64,000 bases of DNA, taken from IMG/VR virus record IMGVR_UViG_3300031344_000001. One strand, 5' to 3'. The notes under the pieces were generated by a model that made no database searches, was not told the DNA's origin, and was given only the letters and a program-made list of their open reading frames with translations. The stretch comes from a virus. Lineage: Duplodnaviria; Heunggongvirae; Uroviricota; Caudoviricetes. The position numbers were made by a program, and so were the translations under genes. Positions within the stretch are counted from its first letter, which is position 1. Each line of letters opens with the position of its first letter. This document shows positions 53,478-64,000 of this stretch, piece after piece.

Positions 53478-54329
53478 TTACGAGAATTCCTTCAGAATGA
53501 ACACGCCCGCACCGCCCTCACCACCGGCGAACGCGGACGCGCTGATCGCCGTCGCCGCGCCGCCGCCGCCACCGCCAAACGTACCCGCGTGCCCGGCGCC
53601 GACGACACCCGAGCCACCGCCGCCAACACCGCCACCGCCGATCGGCGAGCTTCCCCCAACGCCACCCACGGCCGGTCCCGCGGCCGCGGTGAAGCAGAAC
53701 CCCCCCGCGCCCGGCGCACCGGTCGCGTTGATGTCCCCGTTCGTGCCCGCCGCGGCTGCGGCGGTGCCCGACGACGCGGACGCCGTCGTTGACGTCGCCG
53801 CGACACCGCCCGGACCACCGGAAGCGGTGACGGTGATCGCGTTGATCGTGACAGTCGTCGGTCCACCAGCAGAACCAGGAGCGCTAGCGTCAGTCGTGGC
53901 CGTCGCACCGCCCGCACCGCCCGCGCCGATCGAATACGTGAACGTCGCGCCCGGCGTCACCGTGACAGGTCCCTCGACCTCGGCGTAGCCGCCCGACGCA
54001 CCGCCGGCAGCACCCCCGCCGACCGTCGCGCTCGGGCCGTAACCACCGCCGCCGCCGCCGCCACCGATTTGGCTCCAGCTCACGGAGTGGGTCTCCGCCG
54101 AAAAGCTGCCCGACGTGCCCGAGGTGAAGACCGTGGTCTTGAGCAAGCGCCCCGCGCTCACGCCCGTCGGCCCCGTCGTGCCCGTCGGCCCCGTCAGTCC
54201 AGCTCCACCCGTCGGCCCCGTCGCCCCCGTGCCCGCAGGCCCACGCCGACCGTGATGGCCGCGAGGGCCACGAGGGCCGCGATCGCCTCTCTCATCACAC
54301 TCGGGGAGGTTGATCTTGATGTCGGCCAT
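53478..54329 (-). CDS. Short-collagen, glycine-rich fibre protein D
   Basis: MADIKINLPECD leader; G-x-x stub; IGGGGGGGG..YSIGAGG..GGAGVFILKEFS domain. Confidence 0.82.
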   Translation of the reverse strand: MADIKINLPECDERGDRGPRGPRGHHGRRGPAGTGATGPTGGAGLTGPTGTTGPTGVSAGRLLKTTVFTSGTSGSFSAETHSVSWSQIGGGGGGGGYGPSATVGGGAAGGASGGYAEVEGPVTVTPGATFTYSIGAGGAGGATATTDASAPGSAGGPTTVTINAITVTASGGPGGVAATSTTASASSGTAAAAAGTNGDINATGAPGAGGFCFTAAAGPAVGGVGGSSPIGGGGVGGGGSGVVGAGHAGTFGGGGGGAATAISASAFAGGEGGAGVFILKEFS

Positions 54330-54349
54330 ACAGAAAAACTAAAGCCCCC

Positions 54350-54372
54350 CGTGAGGAAGGGCAAAGAATTGG
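54350..54372 (-). promoter_or_regulatory. Conserved upstream motif of fibre gene D
   Basis: + strand CGTGAGGAAGGGCAAAGAATTGG; 20/23 identical to 56864-56886. Confidence 0.55.
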
Positions 54373-54435
54373 ACGGCCTCTCAGGCGAGCTACGCGCTCA
54401 CGCCGTCCTCAAGAGGGCCGGCCTCGGGATCGACG

Positions 54436-56905
<2,470 letters not shown>

Positions 56906-57136
56906 TAAGCGCGTAAGCGCCTGCCCCTACCCGCTGCCCTCTATTGACGGAAGGCTCCGTTTCCCACGCCCCGCGACGTGTCGCGGATCGTCAGCGTCTA
57001 CCACAGCGCGTGCACGACCAGGCACTGCACGAAGTGGTTGAAGTCGTCCGCCCTCCGATGGATGAGCACGTCGTGGCAGAAGGCAGAAAGGACAGAAGAA
57101 GGGCTCAGGGATCGAGCGCAGGTCACACGTCACACG

Positions 57137-57472
57137 TCACGCATCGCCGCCGATCCACCCCTCGTACTCGCGCCCGTGCAGCTGCTTGCCGCAGGCGGCG
57201 CACAAGAGCGCGATCACCGGCATCCAGCAGCGCTTGCCGTCAGGCTTCTCCGGCATGACGAGCTGTCCTTGCACGGGGACCACGCCGCTCGAGCAGCACC
57301 ACGACTTGCGGTAGCGGGTCTCCTCCTTCCCGGGCGTCTCGGCGACCGCGCGGAGCACGATCTCGGCGGCCACACGCGCACCCGTGCGCCCCGAGGGTTT
57401 GCCGATCGCGACGAGCTCCTCAACGACGGCGGGAGGCAGCGACAACGAGAGCGTCCTGAACGTGCGTGCCAT
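57137..57472 (-). CDS. Hypothetical protein (RHH-like N-terminus, Cys-rich C-terminus)
   Basis: RTLSLSLPPAVVEEL; WCC..C..CAAC. Confidence 0.55.
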   Translation of the reverse strand: MARTFRTLSLSLPPAVVEELVAIGKPSGRTGARVAAEIVLRAVAETPGKEETRYRKSWCCSSGVVPVQGQLVMPEKPDGKRCWMPVIALLCAACGKQLHGREYEGWIGGDA

Positions 57473-57475
57473 CGG

Positions 57476-58300
57476 CTAAGCGCCGTCGGCCTCGGCCACG
57501 GGCGGGGTCACGCCGGCGTCACCGTGGTCCCCAATGATCGACGCGCCGGACTCGACGCGCCGGAACTCGACGACCCAGATCCAGGGGTTGTCGACCAGGC
57601 TCTGCGCGCCGTAGATCTCAGCCCAGAGCGCGCCGTACGTCGCGCGCGCGTCTTCGGGGCTACACGCCATGACCTTCGCGGCACGACAGATCGCGGCGGC
57701 GGCGATCTCGCCGTCCACCGCCCCGATCCCCTCGGCCCAGGCGTCGGCCTCCGTGATTGCGTGCAGTCGCTCGACGCGCACGCCGGTGACGTCGAGCGTG
57801 ATGCGTGAAGCCCATCGGGGCATGTGGATGCTCGGTCGCCACTGGGGGGAGGTCGGCGTCTGCTTGCCGTGCTCGTCGTAGTGCGTCCACGAGCCCTGGC
57901 TCTCCTGCGTCGCACGGTAGACGGCGTGGTGAGTCTCGTCGCTGAAACCCTCGTGGTGAAGATCGTGATCGCGAACCGAGTACGCGAACGCCTCGCGGAC
58001 CCACAGCCGATCGCCGGGCGCGCCGAACGGGCAGCGGACCTCGCTCAGCGGGTTGGGGCGGTCGTCGGCCGTCCACCAGCACCACCGGTCGCTCATGCCA
58101 CGCGGGTTCTCAGGCGTCCTGCGTTCGGAGCAGTACGAGTCAAAGTACGCGCCGGGGTGCGTCGCCGCGTGCTTGAGCGGACGAGCGACCGGCTCGACAG
58201 GCTGAGGCTTGACGGCCCGTCGCGTCTGCGTCTTGGGGTCGCGGTCCGCGAGGATCTGGCGCACCATCTGCTCGTTGAACAGGATCGGGCGCTCCTTCAC
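57476..58300 (-). CDS. ASCH/PUA-like phage protein
   Basis: MKERPILF..KTQTRR..CPFG.PGDRLWVRE..WRPSIHMPRWASRI..NPWIWVVEF. Confidence 0.88.
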   Translation of the reverse strand: MKERPILFNEQMVRQILADRDPKTQTRRAVKPQPVEPVARPLKHAATHPGAYFDSYCSERRTPENPRGMSDRWCWWTADDRPNPLSEVRCPFGAPGDRLWVREAFAYSVRDHDLHHEGFSDETHHAVYRATQESQGSWTHYDEHGKQTPTSPQWRPSIHMPRWASRITLDVTGVRVERLHAITEADAWAEGIGAVDGEIAAAAICRAAKVMACSPEDARATYGALWAEIYGAQSLVDNPWIWVVEFRRVESGASIIGDHGDAGVTPPVAEADGA

Positions 58301-59214
58301 GAAAGCTCGCGGAGGGGGGCCGACGTCTTCGTAGGTGATCCCATGCTTATCCGGTTGTCACCCCTCACAGGATGTTCTCCTTTGTTGGTTGACCTGCGGG
58401 CATGACGTTTGTCCGCCCGCGCCCCGCGCCTCTTCGGTCTCTTGATCGGATGGGGAGCAAAACGACTCGTCGCTTTGACGAAGACTAGGAAGTACGAGTG
58501 ATTCTTACGCGCATGCATCTGCGTGCGCATGTTCGCAACCACAGGCTTCCCTTCGCGCACCAAGACGAAAAGGTCCTTGGTGTAGAGCCCCATTTTCTCG
58601 TACTCGTTGATGATCTCGAGATGCGTTAGGAACTGAGAGCGGGCACACACCTCGTCTTGGCACTTCACGATCAGGACACCGTTGTGTCCGAGAACGCGAA
58701 ACGCCTCAAGCCCGGCCTTGAAGTACATGTCCAGCACGGCAGCGTGCCACCGAGGTCCGGTGGCAGTTGCCGCGGTCGCCTTTCCATCCGAGTAGTGCGT
58801 TCGGAAGAAGTGATGGCGCCCATTGCCGGCGAGCGCTGCGACGTTATTTCGGTAGAACCCCTCCATGTATGGAGGATCGAGAACGACGCAGTCGAACGAG
58901 CCATCTCGATACGGTAAGTCGCGGCAGTCAACCCCCGTCTTGATGTCCGTGCCGGTGACCTTGTAGCGTCCCTTCGGCACATTCTTCCAAAAGACGCCGC
59001 GCCCCCACGTCACGTCCGCAATTCGCGCTCCATCGGGAACGTGGAGAGCAAGAATGCGAGGGAATAGATCCTCGTTCCAACCCACAGCGGCCGACAACAG
59101 CACGTCGCTTGTCATCGTGCCGGTCGCTGACTTCCGCTTGTGCTTGAGAGGTCGATATGCGGTCGACTGCGCATACGCGCTGGTAGCGAAGCGCGTTATA
59201 GGTTTGTCACGCAT
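58297..59214 (-). CDS. DNA methyltransferase (amino-MTase, DPPY)
   Basis: ADVTWGRGVFW SAM motif; DCRDLPY..FDCVVLDPPY; lower GC. Confidence 0.82.
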   Translation of the reverse strand: MRDKPITRFATSAYAQSTAYRPLKHKRKSATGTMTSDVLLSAAVGWNEDLFPRILALHVPDGARIADVTWGRGVFWKNVPKGRYKVTGTDIKTGVDCRDLPYRDGSFDCVVLDPPYMEGFYRNNVAALAGNGRHHFFRTHYSDGKATAATATGPRWHAAVLDMYFKAGLEAFRVLGHNGVLIVKCQDEVCARSQFLTHLEIINEYEKMGLYTKDLFVLVREGKPVVANMRTQMHARKNHSYFLVFVKATSRFAPHPIKRPKRRGARADKRHARRSTNKGEHPVRGDNRISMGSPTKTSAPLRELS

Positions 59215-59494
59215 AGATCTGGGGCACGTTTGGGGTGTTAGCGCGACGGCGCTTGTGCGTCACGAACAAGGACAGCTGCCCACCGCAGACGCCCCCGAGC
59301 AAGAACGCGACCGCAGCGCTCAACGTCGAGACGTGCGGCGCGTACTTGTACAGCGTGAGCGCCGCCGAACCCTGAACGATCGAGGTGCCCGCCGTGCGCC
59401 AGCGCCACCCGTTGACCACGTTCACGGTCTGGAAGCACCCGAGGCCCACGGACGAGAAAGCCGCGACGAAGATGAGCAGCGCGTCGAGGCTCAC
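59207..59494 (-). CDS. Small membrane protein
   Basis: Three hydrophobic segments. Confidence 0.6.
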   Translation of the reverse strand: MSLDALLIFVAAFSSVGLGCFQTVNVVNGWRWRTAGTSIVQGSAALTLYKYAPHVSTLSAAVAFLLGGVCGGQLSLFVTHKRRRANTPNVPQIYA

Positions 59495-59676
59495 GGCGCG
59501 AAGGCCCCCAGATTCCCCAGCCTCTGCCCCGTCGCCTTGAGATGCTTTCGAGCGTGCCGTCGCACAGCCTTGCGGGCCGCCTCGTCACCGGCCTTCCGGG
59601 TCTTCGACGTGAAGCTCCAGGTGAACCCGCAACTCTCGCAGTGCTCACCCCACGTCATAGGGTCACGCTTCGTCAC
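59491..59676 (-). CDS. Small zinc-finger hypothetical protein
   Basis: HCESCG..H..H; GTGA overlap. Confidence 0.55.
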   Translation of the reverse strand: MTKRDPMTWGEHCESCGFTWSFTSKTRKAGDEAARKAVRRHARKHLKATGQRLGNLGAFAP

Positions 59677-60302
59677 GGCACCAGACCGGCCGGGGTCATC
59701 GTCAGGTGCCCGACGGTGTCGGTGCTCCCGAACCGGTTCTTGTGAACGCAGCGGAGTCTCCTGCGGTCCGAGCTTGCGTCGGCGCGCTCGAGCTTAACGA
59801 CGACGTCGACCATCTGCGTGAGCGCGCTGGGACCCGCGACCTTACCCTTGAGCGTGACGTGGCCGGTCATGATCACCACCGTGTCAGACCGCTTGGCGAA
59901 CGCTACCAGCTGGTCGACGCACGCCTTGATCTGACTAGGAGACCCGCCGCGACCTTCGCGCTTCTCAGAGCAGAGCGTCTGGAGCGAGTCGATCGCGACG
60001 ACTCGCGTCGCGCGAGTGGCACCTCGGAGCACGCGCTCGACCCCACACTCCTGCACGAAGAAGATGTTCGGATCGTTCACCCCTAGTGCACGCGCGCGCG
60101 CACCCACGGCAGCAGCCGATTCCTCGCCGCTCGCGTAGAGCGCGCGGAGGCGGAGACCCGCGACCGCCTGCATGAGGAGCGTCGACTTCCCGATGCCGGC
60201 CTCGCCGACCAACAGGATCACGGACCCATGGACGACGCCTCCTCCCAGCACGTCATCGAGGGGGACGACGCCCGTCTTCTTGCGCCCGTTGGGAGCCTTC
60301 AC
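59673..60302 (-). CDS. radA: Truncated RadA/Sms-like ATPase (RecA-fold core only)
   Basis: LDDVLGGG, GEAGIGKSTLL, YASGEES, IDSLQT, GHVT..AGP and KNRFG; no N-terminal zinc finger or Lon-like domain. Confidence 0.85.
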   Translation of the reverse strand: MKAPNGRKKTGVVPLDDVLGGGVVHGSVILLVGEAGIGKSTLLMQAVAGLRLRALYASGEESAAAVGARARALGVNDPNIFFVQECGVERVLRGATRATRVVAIDSLQTLCSEKREGRGGSPSQIKACVDQLVAFAKRSDTVVIMTGHVTLKGKVAGPSALTQMVDVVVKLERADASSDRRRLRCVHKNRFGSTDTVGHLTMTPAGLVP

Positions 60303-60478
60303 GCCGACTCCATCACAGGAGTGTCAATCGACGCCGCCCGCCGCGGATGGTGCTTGTCCCAGCAGTCGTCGCACACCGTGAACACGGTGCCGCCCTCCGC
60401 CTTCGTGCGGAGCGTCGCGCAGTCGACGCACGGGTAGAGCGTCTCCCCCGTGACGGGGTCGAGAACTGTCGACTTCAT
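60299..60478 (-). CDS. Small zinc-finger protein
   Basis: CVDC and CDDC; ATGA coupling. Confidence 0.6.
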   Translation of the reverse strand: MKSTVLDPVTGETLYPCVDCATLRTKAEGGTVFTVCDDCWDKHHPRRAASIDTPVMESA

Positions 60479-61014
60479 GGAGTCTCCTTGCACAGTTGAG
60501 CCAGCTCCTCAGCAGCCACGGTCAACAGGACGTCATTAGATGGAAGCTCTTCGCCAGGACCAAAGATCGCGATCAGGACCTCGGGACTGTGCTCAAGTGG
60601 ATCGTCGATCCTAGTGCGCCCACGGGCCGATCCTTGTGCAACTCCATAGTCGATGCTGTTAGGCACGAGCGGCACGAGCGCCTCGCCTGCACCTACACTG
60701 CGTTTCCAAGCAGCGATCGGAAGCACTGTGAGTTCAACTTCTTCACCGCCGCCGTCGACATGACACATGCATGCGTAGATCGCACGCCAGCCGGCATGTG
60801 CAGGAATGATCTCCGCTGCATGGGCGTAGTTCACCTGCCGAAGCGCCCGATAGTTACTGAACCGCGTCGCAGGGACCAACGCCTTTTCCGCCTTCGTGGG
60901 AACAATCCATGGAACGCCCTCATCGTCGATCGCGACGACGGCTTTCTCACTAACCCACGTGCGAGGATCTTCTTCGCCGAAGCACGCGATGAGGGGAATC
61001 TTGGGAACGAACAT
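60475..61014 (-). CDS. Hypothetical protein
   Basis: GGGAGAG RBS before ATG 61014; lower GC. Confidence 0.55.
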   Translation of the reverse strand: MFVPKIPLIACFGEEDPRTWVSEKAVVAIDDEGVPWIVPTKAEKALVPATRFSNYRALRQVNYAHAAEIIPAHAGWRAIYACMCHVDGGGEEVELTVLPIAAWKRSVGAGEALVPLVPNSIDYGVAQGSARGRTRIDDPLEHSPEVLIAIFGPGEELPSNDVLLTVAAEELAQLCKETP

Positions 61015-61051
61015 GTTTCTCTCCCTTCGGCTAATGAACACGCAAACGACT

Positions 61052-62101
61052 TCACTCGCCCTTGAGCAAACGATTCGGCACGACCTCTCGCGCCTTCCAG
61101 TGGTCGTCCGTCTGGACGTGGTCTCGACGGACGTACTTGGCGACCGACCGGCGGAACGCGCGGTAGTGGAAGCCGCCCGCCTTGCGAACGACGTAGCCCT
61201 CGCGAGCGCCCCCGAGACAGCTCGTCGAGCCGTCATCGAGCGCGCGCACAGAGCGCTCATTCCACGGACCGCGGTGGAGCACCGGGACGACGTGGAGGCC
61301 CAGGAGCTTCGCCCACAGGACGGTGTCGTCCCACGACAGGCACTCATTCCGGTCGTCCCAGATCGAGAACACGAGGAAGTGCGCCGGTAACTCGGCGTAC
61401 GCGATCGAGTGCTGCGCGTAGAGGTTCTCGCCGCAGACGCGCCAGCCGTCGGGGATGTCGTGCGCGAGCGCGGCGTGGAGCGCGCACACGCGGTTGCGCG
61501 ACGGGTGCGCCGCGTAGTCGACGCCCCGCGCGTGGAGGTAGTCGCGGTACATCGTCGTGCACTCGCCGTCCACCTTCTCGGTCACGACGACCTCGCCGCC
61601 GCCGAGCGCCTGGTCAGGGTCGGGCATCACGCGATCGTCGGAGGTCGCGCCTGGGGACCAAGGCAGGTGAAAAGTACGGGGGTATTTCACACGCGCGGTG
61701 AACAGGTGCAGGACGGGCGCGAGGACCTTCTGCACGCTCTCGTCGTCGAACAGCTCGCCGCGGAGGCGCTGGCCGTTCGGCAGGATCGGGTTGCCCCACT
61801 TGTCGACGACCTCGTCGGTAGCGAAGTGGTCGGGCAGGTGCGCCCGCGCGATGCCGCACCCCGTGCGCAGGTCGTCGCACGAGATCTCGGTCGACTCCGC
61901 GCGCAGGTGGCACGCCTCGCAGACCGAAGCACCATTGTCGAGGAAGTAGCCGCCGTCGGGCCAGAGCTTCCGCTCGATGATGTGGTGGGCGTCGACGGCG
62001 GGTGCGCCGCACCCGACGCAGCGGTGCCCGTCGCGCGCGAAGACGCCCTCGCGAAACTCGTCGCGGGTCAGGAGTCTGTCGCTGCGCTTGTCATTCCTCA
62101 T
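61052..62101 (-). CDS. HNH domain-RNA ligase (Rnl2-like) fusion
   Basis: RDGHRCVGC..DAHH..NG..VCEACH; KYPRTFHLPWS, TEKVDG, GEN, EGYVVR and AKYVR. Confidence 0.88.
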   Translation of the reverse strand: MRNDKRSDRLLTRDEFREGVFARDGHRCVGCGAPAVDAHHIIERKLWPDGGYFLDNGASVCEACHLRAESTEISCDDLRTGCGIARAHLPDHFATDEVVDKWGNPILPNGQRLRGELFDDESVQKVLAPVLHLFTARVKYPRTFHLPWSPGATSDDRVMPDPDQALGGGEVVVTEKVDGECTTMYRDYLHARGVDYAAHPSRNRVCALHAALAHDIPDGWRVCGENLYAQHSIAYAELPAHFLVFSIWDDRNECLSWDDTVLWAKLLGLHVVPVLHRGPWNERSVRALDDGSTSCLGGAREGYVVRKAGGFHYRAFRRSVAKYVRRDHVQTDDHWKAREVVPNRLLKGE

Positions 62102-62462
62102 GACCGTCTCTCACCTCGCCGCCTCGCCGCGGCGAACGTGATCGGAAGGCGTTGGGTAGCACGAGTGCTGGTGTATTGACAATCGTAAAACGCCAACCGG
62201 CAGCGCTTCGATCAGCGTGGCACGCGCTGTTGTTCGCTCCGTGGACGGGCACCGAGCCCCCAAAGGAACTGAGCGAATTCACGCCACCGTAGGCGATCAT
62301 CGGCGAAGTCTTGAAACGTCCCGATTTCGCCGTGATACTCGTCGCAGCACTGCTCCGCGAGTCGTTCAAGATCGGCCGCTACGGTCGCCCAGCCCTCTTG
62401 CGTGCGCTGATCTGCTTCCACTTGCGTCGAGACTTCACTCATCGGGGCTCCTTGGGTTCGTA

Positions 62463-62864
62463 TTACCGGACATCCGGGATGCCGTCGCCGCCAGAAAGGG
62501 TCGGTGCTGGTTTGACCTTGATCGTGTCTCGCAGCTTCACTGTGTGTTTCAGCGGTGCAGACAGCGTCACGGGGGAGCGAGGGCCGTCCGACGGCGCCTT
62601 GACAACGATCGGTGCCCAGCGCGGGCCGTGCACCAGGTCCGTCAGTTCATGACCGAGGTCCCACGACGCGACGTCGTCGGTATTGCCGGCAATCCCGTCG
62701 GTGCCCGCCGACGTCAGCCCGATGACCTGATCGCCAGGCTGGGCGGTGCACGTCACCGTCATCCTGCGTCCCCAGGCGTCGTCGAGCGCGTGATCATCGC
62801 TGAGCGCGAGAGCGAGGTCCTTCGCGGTCGGGCACGGAGCGGTCGGATGCGCCTTCGACCACAC
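62463..62864 (-). CDS. GspG/pseudopilin C-terminal-like domain protein (no pilin helix)
   Basis: WSKAHP..CP..DAWG..LTSAGTDGIAGNTDDVASW; start uncertain. Confidence 0.55.
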   Translation of the reverse strand: MWSKAHPTAPCPTAKDLALALSDDHALDDAWGRRMTVTCTAQPGDQVIGLTSAGTDGIAGNTDDVASWDLGHELTDLVHGPRWAPIVVKAPSDGPRSPVTLSAPLKHTVKLRDTIKVKPAPTLSGGDGIPDVR

Positions 62865-62874
62865 GACGAACTCA

Positions 62875-63012
62875 TCAAGACGCAGATCGCACCGTCGGGG
62901 GGGGCATACACTTGCAATGGAAGTGCAGGTGGCGCTCGTGGCCCGGCGGCGCGGTCACGAGCGCCAGGCGCTCCTTGCACGCCTTGCACTCGACGTGGAT
63001 GTCGAAGTTCAT
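62875..63012 (-). CDS. Small zinc-finger protein
   Basis: MNFDIHVECKAC..HCKC. Confidence 0.45.
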   Translation of the reverse strand: MNFDIHVECKACKERLALVTAPPGHERHLHFHCKCMPPPTVRSAS

Positions 63013-63020
63013 GCTCCCGC

Positions 63021-63263
63021 TCACGCGGCCTCCGCGGAGGGCGCGACGAGCAAGTGCTCCTCGATGAAGCGGCGCAAGGAGCCCGGGCTGAAGCCCTTGC
63101 CGAAGCACTGGTGCTCCGGTGGGCAGCTGCACATGAGGATGGTGAACGTGTGCTGCGGACCGACGCGGTAGCGCCGGCCGGCCGGCGACCACAGCGTCAC
63201 GACGCCGTCGTCGAGGAGGTAGCGCCACGTGCCAGACGACAGCTTGAGCTTGCGTGGTTTCAC
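63021..63263 (-). CDS. Hypothetical protein
   Basis: GTGA overlap. Confidence 0.55.
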   Translation of the reverse strand: MKPRKLKLSSGTWRYLLDDGVVTLWSPAGRRYRVGPQHTFTILMCSCPPEHQCFGKGFSPGSLRRFIEEHLLVAPSAEAA

Positions 63264-63865
63264 GCTTCTCCCTTCGACGGAACGTAGGACTCCACGGGGT
63301 ACAGTGCGACGCCCGGCGAGTCGAGTCCGGCGGGGAACTTCGCCAGGACCTCGCGCTGGTAGCCGTTGGGCTCCCAGCTCGGCAGTTTCTGCCCGAGCGT
63401 GCGCAGCAACTCCGCCTCGTACGCATGCCAGCGGCTGCGTGCGCCCGGGTCATGGAACAAGCGATCGTTGTGGAAGTCGACGACCTGCGCCCCCACGAAC
63501 AGGATCGCGCCGAGTTGCATGAACGGGTCGTCCTCGACCATCCGGGACCAGAGCTTGGGGATCAGGACGATCCCTTGGACCACGCCGTTGCCTTGGCGCT
63601 GGACGGCCGTGAACGAGAGCGTCGGGACGTTCGGCCCGAGGGCTACCAGCACGCGCTTGTGCCCGACCAGGTCCCAAACGACACGCGCGAGCGCGCGGAC
63701 GCGGTCGTTTGGGACGATTGACCGCAGCGTCTCGACACCTTCGGTGAACAAGCGCGCGCACACCTTCGCGACCTCGGCGGTCGAGTCGCTCTCGGGCAGG
63801 TCGTCGACGTTGACCTGCATGGCACCGAACGCCCCCAGAACCTCTTTGAGGAGGGTCTCGTTCAC
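63260..63865 (-). CDS. Hypothetical protein
   Basis: GTG 63865 overlapping the upstream stop. Confidence 0.7.
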   Translation of the reverse strand: MNETLLKEVLGAFGAMQVNVDDLPESDSTAEVAKVCARLFTEGVETLRSIVPNDRVRALARVVWDLVGHKRVLVALGPNVPTLSFTAVQRQGNGVVQGIVLIPKLWSRMVEDDPFMQLGAILFVGAQVVDFHNDRLFHDPGARSRWHAYEAELLRTLGQKLPSWEPNGYQREVLAKFPAGLDSPGVALYPVESYVPSKGEA

Positions 63866-64000
63866 GGCTGGCCCTTCTTCCACGCGCGACGTGCGATCCG
63901 GTACTCGAACGCTACCTGCGCGCGGCACTGGCACTCGCCGCAGGTGCACGCGCCCACGGCGCGGCGCCTCTTCACCCAAGCGCTCGCGTTGAACGTGCTC
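63862..64000 (-). CDS. Cys-rich hypothetical protein (5'-partial)
   Basis: Open to the window end: ..ACTCGECQCR..KKGQP*. Confidence 0.45.
   Translation of the reverse strand, partial: STFNASAWVKRRRAVGACTCGECQCRAQVAFEYRIARRAWKKGQP

Overview
The window is about 70% GC and densely coding, with no rRNA, tRNA or CRISPR array. It reads as an accessory segment of a large phage-like or plasmid-like element, or a giant prophage. Host-derived modules point to a Myxococcota-like host (inference): sigma54-activator Fis tails, a zinc-ribbon Ser/Thr kinase and a GspG-type domain. No capsid, terminase or replicase gene is visible. Layout: (i) 1-9 kb: nucleotidase, tyrosine recombinase, PD-(D/E)xK protein, SNF2 helicase, DUF4031 and small ORFs. 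(ii) Four minus-strand collagen-like fibre genes (9.5-12.3, 23.0-24.4 and two at 53.5-56.8 kb) sharing an M(A/T)DI(K/R) leader, with shuffled C-terminal modules. (iii) Long plus-strand runs of small, coupled hypothetical genes (13-22 and 24.5-30.7 kb), repeatedly preceded by a palindromic GGGT-N8-ACCC motif. (iv) A 31-50 kb patchwork island with a SWIM-DDE transposase cassette, PIN-like protein, kinase, XRE regulators, TPR and REase-like genes, an AbiF/AbiD-type HEPN gene with an upstream structured RNA candidate, a HepT remnant and a trypsin-like protease. (v) 57-64 kb: a minus-strand operon with an ASCH protein, DNA methyltransferase, truncated RadA and an HNH-RNA ligase fusion. The most unusual signals are the recurring operator or promoter motif, a conserved N-terminal K-x-x-A-(Q/E)-L-(D/Q)-R-(E/D)-I peptide on unrelated proteins, the modular collagen fibre family, stand-alone fragments of host regulators, and many 7-8 bp tandem duplications at gene junctions, two of which frameshift genes. 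All family calls come from motif recognition by eye; no database search was run.
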